Shown here piece after piece: positions 18,784 to 29,565 of a stretch of 64,000 nucleotides of DNA. The stretch's first letter is position 1, and each line of letters starts with the position of its first letter. A program made the translations under genes and the position numbers. This DNA is from an uncultured Spirochaetota bacterium (lineage in GTDB: Bacteria > Spirochaetota > Spirochaetia > SZUA-6 > Fen-1364), in contig CAWAHW010000006.1 of the NCBI GenBank assembly GCA_963781885.1, positions 256,001 through 320,000 of the forward strand. Reading direction: 5' to 3'. Under the pieces are notes generated by a model, which saw only the letters and a list, made by a program, of their open reading frames with translations, was not told the origin of the DNA and ran no database searches.

Positions 18784-19734
18784 TCACCTTTTCGTCATGC
18801 GGCAGACGAAGAAGCCCTCGCGCTCGGCATCGGGGAACACCCGTATCGCGCGCGCGACCCGGGGATCCAGCCCACGCACCATGCCGGCAAAGACGCCGGG
18901 AATGGAAACCGGGATTGCGCACGGCTCCAGCGGAAGGCGGCGAAGGGCCCAGTCCAGCATGAGCTCGTTTTCCTCCCGGTTCAGCGTGCAGGTGGAGTAC
19001 ACGAGGGTGCCGCCCGGTTTGAGCGCCCGGGCACCGCTTTCCAGCAGCTTCCGCTGCAGCCGCGCGGACTCCGCCACGGCGCGCGTCGACCATGCGCGGG
19101 AGGTGCCCGGCTCGAACACGATGAAACGCCCCTCCCCCGAGCAGGGAACATCGAGCAGCACACGGTCGAAGCTTTCCGGCATCAGCTCGCCGATCCTTTC
19201 CCCCCGGCCCACGGTCACCTCCACGATCCGGCAGCCCTGGAGACGCACGTTGTAGGACAGCCGCTCGGCCCGTACGGCGTTCAATTCGTTGGCGAGTATC
19301 CTCCCCTCGTTTCGCATGAGCGCCGCCATGTGAGTCGTCTTGCTGCCCGGGGCGGCAGCGATGTCGAGCACGGTCTCGCCGGGCAGGGGGGCGAGTGCGA
19401 GCGCGGGGATCATGCTGGAGAGGCTCTGGAGGTAGATGCGGCCTTCCGCGTAGAGGTCCCAGGCGGCGACGTCCCGCTCCGTCGCCTCCGTGAGGACGAA
19501 CGCGTCAGGATACCAGGGGACACGACGGTGCTTCACCGCGTGCTCCCGGAAGAAGCGCAGGAGCGCCGCGGCGTCGCCCCGCAGCGTATTCACCCGCAGG
19601 CTCGTCGCGCGGCGCGCCCCCATGCCGCGGAGGATCTTCTCCGCGACGGCCTGGGGGAATGTCGCGTCGAGGCTGTCGATGAACTCGCGCGGGAGGCGCC
19701 GGCGCGCCTCCCCGATCGATGCGGGGGAGGTCAC
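18784..19734 (-). CDS. RsmB/RsmF (NOL1/NOP2) m5C RNA methyltransferase
   Basis: LRVNTL, QSLSSM, DIAAAPGSKT, LDVPCSGEG, YSTCT, EGFF; GTG start after extended -10 TGCTACAGT. Confidence 0.9.
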   Translation of the reverse strand: MTSPASIGEARRRLPREFIDSLDATFPQAVAEKILRGMGARRATSLRVNTLRGDAAALLRFFREHAVKHRRVPWYPDAFVLTEATERDVAAWDLYAEGRIYLQSLSSMIPALALAPLPGETVLDIAAAPGSKTTHMAALMRNEGRILANELNAVRAERLSYNVRLQGCRIVEVTVGRGERIGELMPESFDRVLLDVPCSGEGRFIVFEPGTSRAWSTRAVAESARLQRKLLESGARALKPGGTLVYSTCTLNREENELMLDWALRRLPLEPCAIPVSIPGVFAGMVRGLDPRVARAIRVFPDAEREGFFVCRMTKR

Positions 19735-19807
19735 GCCCCACTGTAGCACGGGGAGGCTTGACATTTGCAGGCGCCGACCGTACTTTCACCGCCGGCGAAG
19801 AATCCCC

Positions 19808-20773
19808 ATGCACGCCTCATTTTCCCTTGCGACTTCCTGGCGGACACTGAGAGAGGTCGCGCGGCCTGCGCGCGTCGCCGGCCGTTTTCTGCGCGGGCTC
19901 GCCGGGCTTGTCATCATCGGCCACGCGGTGCTGTTCCTCGTGATTCTCCTCGCGAGCCTCCTGCTCCTGCGATGGAATCCGCCCGTGACCGCGCTCATGG
20001 TGTATCGCGCCGTCACCGGCGGGCACCACGCCCAGCCCGTGCGATTCGTGCCGCTGCGCCAGATCCCGCGCGTCGCGCGCCTCATGACGATACGGCTGGA
20101 GGACTATCACTTCTACCAACACCACGGGGTTGATCTCGGCGCCCTGCGCGAAGCCTGGCAGATCAACTCTTCCATTGGACGGACCGCGGTCGGCGGCAGC
20201 ACCATCCCGATGCAGCTCGCGCGTAATCTCTTCCTCACACCGCGCAAGACCTACTTCCGCAAGTACATGGAGTCCCTGATTGCCCTGGAGATGGACACCC
20301 TCATGCCCAAGGACCGCATCCTCGAGCTGTACCTGAACTGCATCGAATGGGGCAGGGGAATCTTCGGCATCGGCGCAGCCTCGTCGTACTACTACAAGGC
20401 CGGCGTGGGGGCGCTCGGACTGGACGAGCTGCGGCGCCTCGTGACCATCATCACCAACCCCCTGCGCTACAACGTGCAGACCTTCCCCCGCAGCGCCCAG
20501 ATGGCGCAACGGTACGCGTTCCTTGAAAGCAGGTTCCCCGACCCGTCCTCCGAGCCCGCGGAGACCGGCCCCGTTGCGCTTGTTCCGGATGCCCCCGCGT
20601 CGGATGCCGACGCCGGCGTCGCCGGGCCGCCGGGGCCTGCCGACGCCGTGCCGACGCAGGCAGCGCCGGGCGCTGCCGACGCGGTGCCTGTCCCCTCGCC
20701 GCGCGACGTTCCCGCCGCGGTTCCCGAGGCAAGGACGGCAACGCCTCCCGCGCCTGCCACGATCCAACAGTGA
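19808..20773 (+). CDS. mtgA: Monofunctional peptidoglycan transglycosylase (GT51) with Pro/Ala-rich tail
   Basis: EDYHFYQHHGVD, GGSTIPMQLARNLF, RKYME, KDRILELYLN. Confidence 0.85.
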   Translation: MHASFSLATSWRTLREVARPARVAGRFLRGLAGLVIIGHAVLFLVILLASLLLLRWNPPVTALMVYRAVTGGHHAQPVRFVPLRQIPRVARLMTIRLEDYHFYQHHGVDLGALREAWQINSSIGRTAVGGSTIPMQLARNLFLTPRKTYFRKYMESLIALEMDTLMPKDRILELYLNCIEWGRGIFGIGAASSYYYKAGVGALGLDELRRLVTIITNPLRYNVQTFPRSAQMAQRYAFLESRFPDPSSEPAETGPVALVPDAPASDADAGVAGPPGPADAVPTQAAPGAADAVPVPSPRDVPAAVPEARTATPPAPATIQQ

Positions 20774-20807
20774 CTTCGCGGCGCTCTCCCGTCTATACTG
20801 CGCGGGT

Positions 20808-21574
20808 ATGATCGTCATATCGGGAATCGTGACCGGGGTTTTTTTGTCACCCCTGGTTTTCGTTCTCCTTTTCGGCGTCGCCCTCCTCCTGGTGGCGCTG
20901 CGCAGGCTCCGGGCGGGTCTCTGGCTCCTCGGCGCGTCGACTGCGCTGCTTCTCCTCCTGTCCCTCACCGTCGTGAGCAACGGCGTCCTGCGTCCCCTGG
21001 AAAGGAGATGGCCGCCCTTTCCGGCAAAGCCTCCGACGGTCGACGCCATCGTCGTGCTGGGCGGCGGCGTGCGGCAGGCGGGTGGCTGATGCGCCGGGCG
21101 GGGTGAGGCTCGAATGAGGAGTCTCTCGCGCGCGTGCTCTCCGCGTCGATTCTTTTCAAGAGGCTGGGGGTACCGGTCATCGTTTCCGGCGGCGTGACCT
21201 GGCAGGAGCGCTTCGGTCGGTCAGAAGCAGAGGTCGCCGCGGCGATGCTCGCCACCCTCGGCGTTCCCGCGGCTGACGTGATCCAGGAGGGAAGGAGCCG
21301 TACCACCCGGGAGAACGCGGCCGAAACGGCGAAGATCATGCGCGGGAAGGGCATGACGCGAATCGCGCTCGTCACCTCCGCCGTTCACATGCCGCGGGCG
21401 ATGCGTGCGTTCGCGCGGGAGGGCATCACCTGCGTGCCCGCCCCGACGAGCTATCGCGCCCAGGAGAAATTCCACGGCGTGATTGATTTCCTGCCGAGCT
21501 TTGACGCGCTGCGGGATTGCTTTGACGCTTTCCGCGAGTACTGCGGCATCGTGCTGTACGCGGTCCGCGGATGA
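20808..21574 (+). CDS. YdcF (DUF218) family membrane protein (frameshifted near 21085-21115)
   Basis: DAIVVLGGG, IIVSGG, SEAE, SRTTRENA, LVTSAVHMPRA, REYCG. Confidence 0.8.
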
Positions 21575-21601
21575 GAGCGCCGCCGGGGCCCGACCTGCCT
21601 T

Positions 21602-21883
21602 CTACTTCCTGTCGATCTCTTTCCTGTGCGTGTCGCAGAGGCGATAGAGCGCGCCCGTGAGCGGATTCTTCCTCGTCACCTTGGCCCCGCAGCGGACGCA
21701 GAGTCCGTTGTCGCGTCTCTTGCGGTACAGGAGCGCGGAACGCTCCGTACCGGAAGATTTGTAGCGGCTCACCTGCACTCTATAACCCTTGAAAAGCCAG
21801 GTGCCGATGGCTTTTTCATTGCCGATCTTCAGATCGGCAATGACCCTTTTCAGGGCATCCGGCGTAATTTTCCTCGGTTCCAT
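21602..21883 (-). CDS. Small basic protein with C-terminal Zn-ribbon (LIC10235-like)
   Basis: FKGYRVQVSRY, GLCVRCG...LYRLCDTH; SD GAGGGAGG. Confidence 0.7.
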   Translation of the reverse strand: MEPRKITPDALKRVIADLKIGNEKAIGTWLFKGYRVQVSRYKSSGTERSALLYRKRRDNGLCVRCGAKVTRKNPLTGALYRLCDTHRKEIDRK

Positions 21884-21966
21884 TGCGTGCCCTCCCTCTC
21901 ACTTTGTGGATACCGAGAAGATAGTCCGCGTCGTGGGAGAAGGCAAGCAAACGGGGTGTCAGGCGT

Positions 21967-22696
21967 TCACAGCGTGCCGGACGCCCGTTCGAGGTTGAGG
22001 GTGCCAAGGTCCAGCAGCTTGTCGCTGCGGATGTAATCGTGGACGAAGAACTCCCCCGCGATCTTCAGCGTTTTCTTGAAAGAAAGCGGCCGATGGCCGG
22101 CATGGGAGAAGCCGATGCGCAGCTCGACGCGCATGCTCTCCGATTCCCCCATCTCCACCTGGGGCCAGAAGCTGAAGTAGCCGCGGGTCTGTTCGTTGGT
22201 GGTATACGGATTGCGCCACCCCGGTTCCGCGGGAATGGGAGACCCGGTAATTGATCCAGAGCGTCGCCTCCGCGGCGATCACCGGCACGCCGTCGCCGGC
22301 ATCCACGACGCGCCCGAATATGTGCGGCATGTTGTAGAAGTAGGTGAGATGCATCGGCGTGTCGTCCCCCGTCGGGGCAGGCTCCGGGCGCCGGTGCGGC
22401 ACCGGGGCAACGTCCCGCCGGCGCCGGGCGACCACCTCCACGGCGCGGTTGACCAGCGTGATCAGCTCGATCACGTTCAGGAGCTTCTCTCCCTGCACGC
22501 CGTTGCCGTTGCCGGGCTGCACGAACTCATGGGTGAACCCGCGCTCCGAGGTGATGTATTTGGGGGGAATGCGGTTGAGCGCGTATGCGGCCACGTCCAG
22601 AATGAAGGAACGGGTCGGGTGGATGTCCGTCCTGTCCTTCAGGACGATTTTCGCCGTCTCCAGGACAAGGTCCTCATTGTAATTCTTCAGTCGCAT
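21967..22696 (-). CDS. ComFB-domain protein with C-terminal beta domain (frameshift near 22235)
   Basis: LKNYNEDLV, LDVAAYALNRIPPKYITSERG; continuation WRNPYTTNEQTRGYFSFWP in a second frame. Confidence 0.75.
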
Positions 22697-22874
22697 CTGG
22701 GGGTGGAATCCTTTTCACCTCAATTGTATCACCTTCTTTTCGCCGCATCCGTTTTTTTTATAGCGGCTCCGGCCGCCCTCCGTGTTGCCATTCTTTCCCT
22801 GCCATCCTATAGTCGTTCCGCCATGGAACCCTCCGCGCGCCTCGACCCCGCACTGGATGCCGCCCGAGCGCGTT

Positions 22875-23579
22875 ATGCGCGGGGGTGATGCTGTGGATGT
22901 GACCTCCCGCGGTCTCCCGTCCCGCATTCGCGCCTTTCTTTATGATTTCGACGACACCATCGTGGAAAGCGAGCGCATCAATGCGGAGCTTTTCAGCGGG
23001 CTTCTGAGCCGCGGGTACGGCGTGGAGCTGTCTCCCGCCGAAACGGACTACCTGTATGGGCTCTCCTGGACGGGTGTTTTCGACTGGCTGGCCGCCGACA
23101 AGGGGCTCCGCGCGGCCCGCGGCGAGGTATGGGAGCGATTCATGGAGGACAAGGCGCAGCTTCTCTCGCGGCGGAAGCTCCGCACGGCGCGGGGCCTTTC
23201 GCTCATGCTCGCGCTCCCCGTGCCCCACGTCATTGTCAGCGGCTCCACGCTCCCCGAGCTCCGCCTCATGATGGAGAATATCGGGCTCGACCCGCGCCTT
23301 TTTCGATTCATCATCAGCGACGAGGACTGCGCGCGGGGAAAACCCAATCCCGACGGATTCCAGGAGGCCTTGCGGCGGCTTGCCCTGCCCGCCGCGCGGG
23401 TTCTTGTCTTCGAGGATTCCGTTCCCGGTCTCCAGGCCGCGCGCGCGGCGGGCATTCCCGCGGCATTTGTCGCCGAGCTTGCCTCGGGCCGCGGGGCGTC
23501 CATCGCGCAGATCCGCTTCCCGACGCTGGAGGACGCCTGGGCCGCGGTGAAGGGCAGGGTCGAAGAAGCCGTCGTGTAG
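22875..23579 (+). CDS. HAD family phosphatase (start uncertain)
   Basis: DFDDTIVESE motif I, IVSGS, GKPNPD, FEDSVPG. Confidence 0.85.
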   Translation: MRGGDAVDVTSRGLPSRIRAFLYDFDDTIVESERINAELFSGLLSRGYGVELSPAETDYLYGLSWTGVFDWLAADKGLRAARGEVWERFMEDKAQLLSRRKLRTARGLSLMLALPVPHVIVSGSTLPELRLMMENIGLDPRLFRFIISDEDCARGKPNPDGFQEALRRLALPAARVLVFEDSVPGLQAARAAGIPAAFVAELASGRGASIAQIRFPTLEDAWAAVKGRVEEAVV

Positions 23580-23616
23580 CTTTCTTTACCGGCCCGGCTC
23601 TGGTAGGATCATACGC

Positions 23617-25557
23617 ATGCAGAAAAGGACCTTGTTTCATCTCCTGCGGGAAACGGTGAAGACCCATCCCGATGCGGTCTACATGCGCGAACGCACCTCC
23701 CAGGGCTGGCGCGACTCCAGCTTCCGTGCCATTGCGGAGGAGGCGCGGGACGTCGCCGGCTTCCTCCTGTCGCGCGGCCTGGCCCCGCGGGACAGGGTGT
23801 CCCTTCTCGCGGAGGGCAGAAACTCCTGGATCGCCGCCGAGCTCGGCATCCTCCTGGCCGGCGGCATCAGCGTGCCGATATCGGTGAAGATCAAGGAGAG
23901 AGGCGAGATCCTTTTCCGCGTGAAGCATTCCGCGTCGCGCTTCGCCATCACCTCGGCGATGCATGCGGAAAAGATCGCCACGCTCGTGGGCGACCTGCCC
24001 GACCTGTGCGGCATCCTCTGCATGGACGACGTGTCCCTTTCCGTCGCGACGCGCGTGCCGCTCGTGCCATGGACGGAGGTGCGCGCGGCGGGTGATTCGT
24101 GGGCGTCCGGGCACGCCGCGGAGATGGAAAGGATCGAGGAGGAGGCGCGGGAGGACGACCCCGTGACCCTCACGTATACCTCGGGCACCACGGCGGAGCC
24201 CAAGGGCATCCTCCTGTCCCACAGGAATTACTACGTGAACGTGGAGAACGCCGACGCCATGTTTCCGCTTCCTCCTCCGCTGTACATGCTGCTCATCCTT
24301 CCCTGGGACCATTCGTTCGGCCATACCGCGGGTCTCTTCCTCTTCATCAAGAAGGTGAGCGTGATTGCCGCGGTGGAACCGGCCAAGACGGAGCTGGGCA
24401 CGATCCGCAACATACCGAAGAACCTGAAGGAGATCGGGCCGACCTACCTCCTCGTCGTGCCGGCGCTCGTGGAGAATTTTCGCAAGAACATCATCGGCCA
24501 GGTCCGCCAGAAAGGAGGGCTCAGCGCCGCGATGTTCTTTCTCACCATCAGGCTCGGCACGCGCGTGAACGGCGACGGCTACCGCAAGAGGCGGGACCCG
24601 TTGTCGCTCCTGGCCTGGCCGGTATACGTCCTCCTGCGCGCGGTCGTGCGCGGCAGCGTCCGCGCGTCACTGGGCGGCAGGATCGTCTTCATGGTGTCGG
24701 GGGGCTCGGCCTGCTCGATCGACCACGTGCGCTGGTTCAGCGCGCTGGGCATACCCGTCTACCAGGGCTACGGCCTCTCGGAGACCAGTCCCATCATCGC
24801 GTCGAACACGCACGTGCGCGGGTACTTCAAGATCGGTTCGTCCGGCAGGCCCAGCCCCTGGGCGGAGGTGCGCATCGTGAACGATGCCGGCGCGGAGCTC
24901 CCGCGCGGCGAGACGGGCGAGATCTGGGTGCGCGGGGAATGCGTGATGCTCGGCTACTGGCAGAATGAAACGGCCACGGCCGAGGCGATCACTGACGGCT
25001 GGTTTCACACGGGCGACCTCGGGTACATGGATGCCGACAGCTTCCTCTTTGTCGTCGGTCGGATCAAGAGTCTCCTCGTGGGGGCAAATGGCGAAAAGTA
25101 CTCCCCCGAAGCGCTGGAGCAGCACCTCGTGGACACGGTGCCGACATTCCAGCAGGTGATGCTCTACAACCAGCAGGACCCCTACACGGTGGCCCTCGTG
25201 GTCCCCGAGCCGGGGAACGCGCGCACTCTCATCGGCAAGGACGGCACGGCCGAGCTCACCGATGCGGACCTGGACCGCGCCCTCGATGCCATGCGGCAGG
25301 CGCTGCTGCGCTACCGCAAGGACCCGTTGCTCTCGTCGCAGTTCGTCTCCACGTGGACGCCGCGGACGTTCGCTCTGGTGCCCGAGCCGTTCGCGGAAGA
25401 CAACGGGATGATGAACGCGTCGATGAAGGTGGTGCGCCGCGCCATCGTCGCCCGCTACCGGGAGCGCATCCGCAGGCTCTACGGGGAGGAGGACGATCCC
25501 CTCAATGACGCCAACAGGGAGGTGCTCCGCGCGTGGCTCTCCGGTCCGCGCGGATGA
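23617..25557 (+). CDS. Long-chain fatty acid--CoA ligase (AMP-binding)
   Basis: YTSGTTAEPKG, QGYGLSE, WFHTGDLG, GRIK. Confidence 0.9.
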   Translation: MQKRTLFHLLRETVKTHPDAVYMRERTSQGWRDSSFRAIAEEARDVAGFLLSRGLAPRDRVSLLAEGRNSWIAAELGILLAGGISVPISVKIKERGEILFRVKHSASRFAITSAMHAEKIATLVGDLPDLCGILCMDDVSLSVATRVPLVPWTEVRAAGDSWASGHAAEMERIEEEAREDDPVTLTYTSGTTAEPKGILLSHRNYYVNVENADAMFPLPPPLYMLLILPWDHSFGHTAGLFLFIKKVSVIAAVEPAKTELGTIRNIPKNLKEIGPTYLLVVPALVENFRKNIIGQVRQKGGLSAAMFFLTIRLGTRVNGDGYRKRRDPLSLLAWPVYVLLRAVVRGSVRASLGGRIVFMVSGGSACSIDHVRWFSALGIPVYQGYGLSETSPIIASNTHVRGYFKIGSSGRPSPWAEVRIVNDAGAELPRGETGEIWVRGECVMLGYWQNETATAEAITDGWFHTGDLGYMDADSFLFVVGRIKSLLVGANGEKYSPEALEQHLVDTVPTFQQVMLYNQQDPYTVALVVPEPGNARTLIGKDGTAELTDADLDRALDAMRQALLRYRKDPLLSSQFVSTWTPRTFALVPEPFAEDNGMMNASMKVVRRAIVARYRERIRRLYGEEDDPLNDANREVLRAWLSGPRG

Positions 25558-25645
25558 GGGCGCTTCTCGGCGGAAAATCCCGCGCGGAACGGCGCCGCCT
25601 TGACAGGGCCGCGCGCGACCGCGATCATCGTGCGCACAGAGGAGA

Positions 25646-26170
25646 ATGATGAAGATGTCGTTGATCGACGGGATATTCTGGGGTGCGCTCCTGATCGTCC
25701 TGGGGGTCTGGTTCCTCGTGCGTCGGTACGTGCCCGTCCACATCCCCGTGATCCGTATCCTCATTGCGGCGCTTTTCGTCTACGTCGGCATCCGCGTGCT
25801 CGTCCGCGGCCCCGTCGTCCGTGACCGCAACACGGCGGTCTTCTCCGAGTCGACCCTGCAATACGCCCCGGGCCGCGACCGCGACTACAACCTGGTCTTC
25901 TCCAGCGGCACCATCGACTTGAGCGATGCTTCAACCGCAGACACCCGCCTGCAGGTCAACGTCGTCTTCGGCAGCGGCGTCCTCCGCATCGACCCGGGCA
26001 AGCCCGTCCGCGTCGACATGTCGTCTGCCTTCGGGGAGGTGGAGGCGCCCAACGGTCGTTCGGTCGCCTTCGGGGATACGGTCTATACGACGCCGGGCTA
26101 CCGGGAGGGGGCGCCGGCGCTCCACGTCCACGCCACTGCCGTCTTCGGCAGGCTGGTCATCCGGCCGTAG
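25646..26170 (+). CDS. LiaF/DUF2154-like membrane protein
   Basis: FWGALLIVLG TM pair followed by repeated VFS/VFG beta motifs. Confidence 0.7.
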   Translation: MMKMSLIDGIFWGALLIVLGVWFLVRRYVPVHIPVIRILIAALFVYVGIRVLVRGPVVRDRNTAVFSESTLQYAPGRDRDYNLVFSSGTIDLSDASTADTRLQVNVVFGSGVLRIDPGKPVRVDMSSAFGEVEAPNGRSVAFGDTVYTTPGYREGAPALHVHATAVFGRLVIRP

Positions 26171-26184
26171 GGCCCGGGGATTTT

Positions 26185-27951
26185 ATGCAGGTCAACAAGA
26201 TCGCCCCTTCCCGCAACGTCCACTCCATCCGGGAGATGGTCGACACATTCCGTGAGGACCGGCTCGGGCTTCCCGCGCTGAAGATGAAAAGGGGGGACGG
26301 CTACTGGACCGTCACCTACGGGGAGCTGCGTGAATCCATCCGCGCACTCGGCGCCGCCCTTCTTGCGCGCGGCGTCCGCCGCGGTGACCGTGTCGGCCTG
26401 ATTTCAGAGAACAGGAGCGAATGGGTCATCACGTACCTCGCCGTGACGTACGCGGGAGCGGTGATCGTCCCCTACGACATCCTCCTGAAGGTGGAGGAGC
26501 TCTCTTCCATCGTCCGCGCGAGCGGCGCGCGCATCATCTTCACCTCCCGCGAATACCGGGACAAGGTCGCCCGCGCGTGCGCGGGCACCGGTGCGGCGGG
26601 GGCGGGTGGCAGCCTCGTGCTCTTCGATGCCGACCCCTCCGGCCCCGTGCCCGAGGGGTGGAATGCGGACGCCTTCACCGCGCTCATGGGGCAGGGCCAG
26701 GCCGCGCGGGCGGGGGGGAAGGAGCCGACGGCGGGCGTCAGCATCGCCCCGGACGATCTGGCCGCCCTCATCTTCACATCGGGAACCACGGGCACACCCA
26801 AGGGGGTCATGCTCTCCCACCGCAACCTCGTGGAAAACGGCGACGGCGTCCAGATGACCACGCCGCTGGGGCCGGGCGACAACTGGATCATCGTCCTTCC
26901 CTTCCACCACACCTACCCGACGAGCATGGGAATCTTCACGCCCCTTCTCAGCTACGGGCAGATCACCTCGGTCCCCTCCATGAAGACCAACGTGCTGGTC
27001 GGCATCATGAAGGAGACGGGGGCCACGTGCGTGCCCGCGATGCCCCTTCTCATCGAGCGCATCTACAAGGGTGTGCTCGCGAACGTGAAGGCGCGGCCGC
27101 CCCTGGTCCGCGGCTTGTTCGCGGTGATGCGGGGGATCAGCAGCTTCTTCTTCAAGGTGCTCCACGTCCGCATCGGCAAGCTCCTCTTCGGCTCCATCGC
27201 GCGGGAGCTCGGCGTGCAGAAGCTGCGCTTCTTCGTCTCCGGGGGCGGACCGATCGCGAAGGACGTCATCGACGGCATGGAGGCGCTCGGGCTCATCACC
27301 TACCAGGGCTACGGCCTCACGGAGACGTCGCCCGTCATCTCTTCCACCTGCCCCGCGCATAACAAGCCCGGGTCCGTCGGGCTGCCACTCTCCAATGTGG
27401 AGGTGCGCATCGAAAGCCCCGACCAGAACGGCAACGGGGAGATCCTGACGCGCGGCTCTAATGTCATGCTCGGCTACTACAACATGCCCGAGAAGACGCG
27501 GGAGGTGATCGATGCCGACGGCTGGCTGCACACCGGTGACATCGGGATGCTGGACGGGGACGGCTACCTCTACATCACGGGGCGCCTGAAGAACATCATC
27601 GTCACGAAGGGCGGCAAGAATATCTATCCCGAGGAGATCGAAAACCTCCTCACGGCAAGCCCCCTGCTTTCCGAGGTCGTGGTGATCGGCAGGCAGGATG
27701 CCGACGGCGGGGAGTATCCCCACGCCATCATTTACCCCGATCCGGAAATACTCGCGGGCATGGAAAAGTCGCAGGGCAGGACATTCGACGACGAGGAGGT
27801 GCGGCGGATCGTGCGCGCGGAAATCCAAAAATGCACCGCCGGTGCCGCGGTCTACAAGATCCCGCGCGGATTCGACGTGTCGCGCGAAGAGCTGCCCAAA
27901 ACCTCCACGCGCAAGGTGAAGCGCTTCATGTTCACCGAGGCGCAGAAATGA
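26185..27951 (+). CDS. Long-chain fatty acid--CoA ligase (AMP-binding)
   Basis: FTSGTTGTPKG, QGYGLTE, WLHTGDIG, GGKNIYPEEIE. Confidence 0.9.
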   Translation: MQVNKIAPSRNVHSIREMVDTFREDRLGLPALKMKRGDGYWTVTYGELRESIRALGAALLARGVRRGDRVGLISENRSEWVITYLAVTYAGAVIVPYDILLKVEELSSIVRASGARIIFTSREYRDKVARACAGTGAAGAGGSLVLFDADPSGPVPEGWNADAFTALMGQGQAARAGGKEPTAGVSIAPDDLAALIFTSGTTGTPKGVMLSHRNLVENGDGVQMTTPLGPGDNWIIVLPFHHTYPTSMGIFTPLLSYGQITSVPSMKTNVLVGIMKETGATCVPAMPLLIERIYKGVLANVKARPPLVRGLFAVMRGISSFFFKVLHVRIGKLLFGSIARELGVQKLRFFVSGGGPIAKDVIDGMEALGLITYQGYGLTETSPVISSTCPAHNKPGSVGLPLSNVEVRIESPDQNGNGEILTRGSNVMLGYYNMPEKTREVIDADGWLHTGDIGMLDGDGYLYITGRLKNIIVTKGGKNIYPEEIENLLTASPLLSEVVVIGRQDADGGEYPHAIIYPDPEILAGMEKSQGRTFDDEEVRRIVRAEIQKCTAGAAVYKIPRGFDVSREELPKTSTRKVKRFMFTEAQK

Positions 27952-28044
27952 TGACGCGGGGCTCGCCGTCGAGCCCGTCCGGCGCCCGCGGCTGTTCGCT
28001 GTCCTCTCCGTCTTCTTATTTGTAGATTCATGACGGAGGCGCCG

Positions 28045-28572
28045 ATGAAAGAAGACACGAGCAGCATTCATAACCAGGCCACCTTCGGTGGCGGCTGTTT
28101 CTGGTGCATGGAAGCCGTTCTTCAGCGCATCGAAGGCGTCCTTTCGGTCGCCTCAGGCTACGCGGCAGGCACAACGCCCAACCCGACCTATGAAGAGGTC
28201 TGCACCGGGGAGACCGGCCATGCGGAGGTGGTGCAGGTCACCTTCGATCCCGCCCTCATCACCTACGACGAGATCCTGGACATCTTCTGGCAGGCGCACG
28301 ACCCGACCACGCTCAACCGCCAGGGACCCGACACCGGCACGCAGTACCGCTCCCTCATCCTCTACGCGGACGAGCAGCAGCATGAGGCGGCGGTGAAATC
28401 GATGAAGAAGGCGCAGGGGAAGCTGAAGGCTCCCATCGTGACGGAGATCCTACCGCTGGACACGTTCTGGAAGGCGGAGGGCTACCACCAGAACTACTAC
28501 AATGCGCACGGCAGCGCCGGCTACTGTCGGATGGTCATTTCTCCGAAGCTGAAGAAGCTGAAGCTGGAGTAG
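28045..28572 (+). CDS. msrA: Peptide-methionine (S)-S-oxide reductase
   Basis: GGGCFWC, TGHAEVV, NRQGPDTGTQYRS, AEGYHQNY. Confidence 0.95.
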   Translation: MKEDTSSIHNQATFGGGCFWCMEAVLQRIEGVLSVASGYAAGTTPNPTYEEVCTGETGHAEVVQVTFDPALITYDEILDIFWQAHDPTTLNRQGPDTGTQYRSLILYADEQQHEAAVKSMKKAQGKLKAPIVTEILPLDTFWKAEGYHQNYYNAHGSAGYCRMVISPKLKKLKLE

Positions 28573-28640
28573 CTCCGCCCGGAGGCTCCCGGCGCATGCA
28601 TTGCGGAAGCCGCCCGATTCTGGTAGCGTGAGCGCTCATC

Positions 28641-29565
28641 ATGAGCACCGCGCCGCTGCCGCCCGCGAAAAATCACACTCTTCCCACGCTCGCCGTCTGG
28701 GGGACGGTCCTTTTCTGGGGGCTGTCCTTCGTGAGCTCCAAGACCATCCTCTCCTCGGGCGTGCCGCCGATGACCATGGTCACCATCCGTTTCGTCGTGG
28801 CCACCGTGATCCTGAACATTTTCCTCCGCCGTTTCGATCCCGCCGCTCGTTTGCGCAGGAAGGACCTCCTGCCCCTCGCCGCGAGCGGGCTCTTCGGCGT
28901 GACGGTGTATTTCTTCTTCGAGGCGCGCGGCATCAAGCTCACCTCCGCCTCCCATGCCTCCCTGATCATCGCCGTGATCCCGGTGATCACCGTGATCGCC
29001 GAGGCCCTGCTCTTCCGCGCGCGCATTTCATGGCTCATCGGCGTGGGGGTCGTGCTCTCCGTCGTCGGCGTCGTGTTCGTCGTGCGGTCGACCGGGCGCG
29101 CCCGGCGATGGGCCGGTGTCCATTGCCGGGGACCTCTTCATGTTCGGCGCCTGCCTGTCGTGGGTGATCTATATCATCCTCAGCCGCAATCTCCACACGC
29201 GGCTTTCGGAAATCGCCATCACCGCCTACCAATGCCTCTTCGGCACCGCGTTCCTCATCCCGTTCGCGCTCCTGGAGATGCGCCAGTGGGTGCCCATCAC
29301 GCTCGTGGCATGGCTCAATCTCGCCTATCTCGCCCTGTTCTGCTCGGCGCTTTCCAATTTCCTCTACGTCTACGCCCTGTCGGCGCTCGGACCCATTGCC
29401 GTGAGCCCCTACATCAATCTCATACCCGTGATCGGCGTGCTGGGCGGAGTGGTCCTGCTCGGGGAGAAGCTGGTGTGGAGCCAGATCGTGGGCGGCGTCA
29501 TCATCCTCGCCGGCGTGCTCCTGGTCAGCTGGAAGCGGCGCGACGCGTCGCCGATCGAAGGCTGA
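28641..29565 (+). CDS. DMT/EamA family transporter (frameshift near 29100)
   Basis: FWGLSFV, RF, two EamA repeats, LLGE motif, split over two ORFs. Confidence 0.8.

Noticed and set aside
22823-22888. Short uORF MEPSARLDPALDAARARYARG upstream of the HAD phosphatase
   Set aside because: Ends in a G5 run where a single indel would fuse it to the HAD frame; cannot be told apart from an assembly error.
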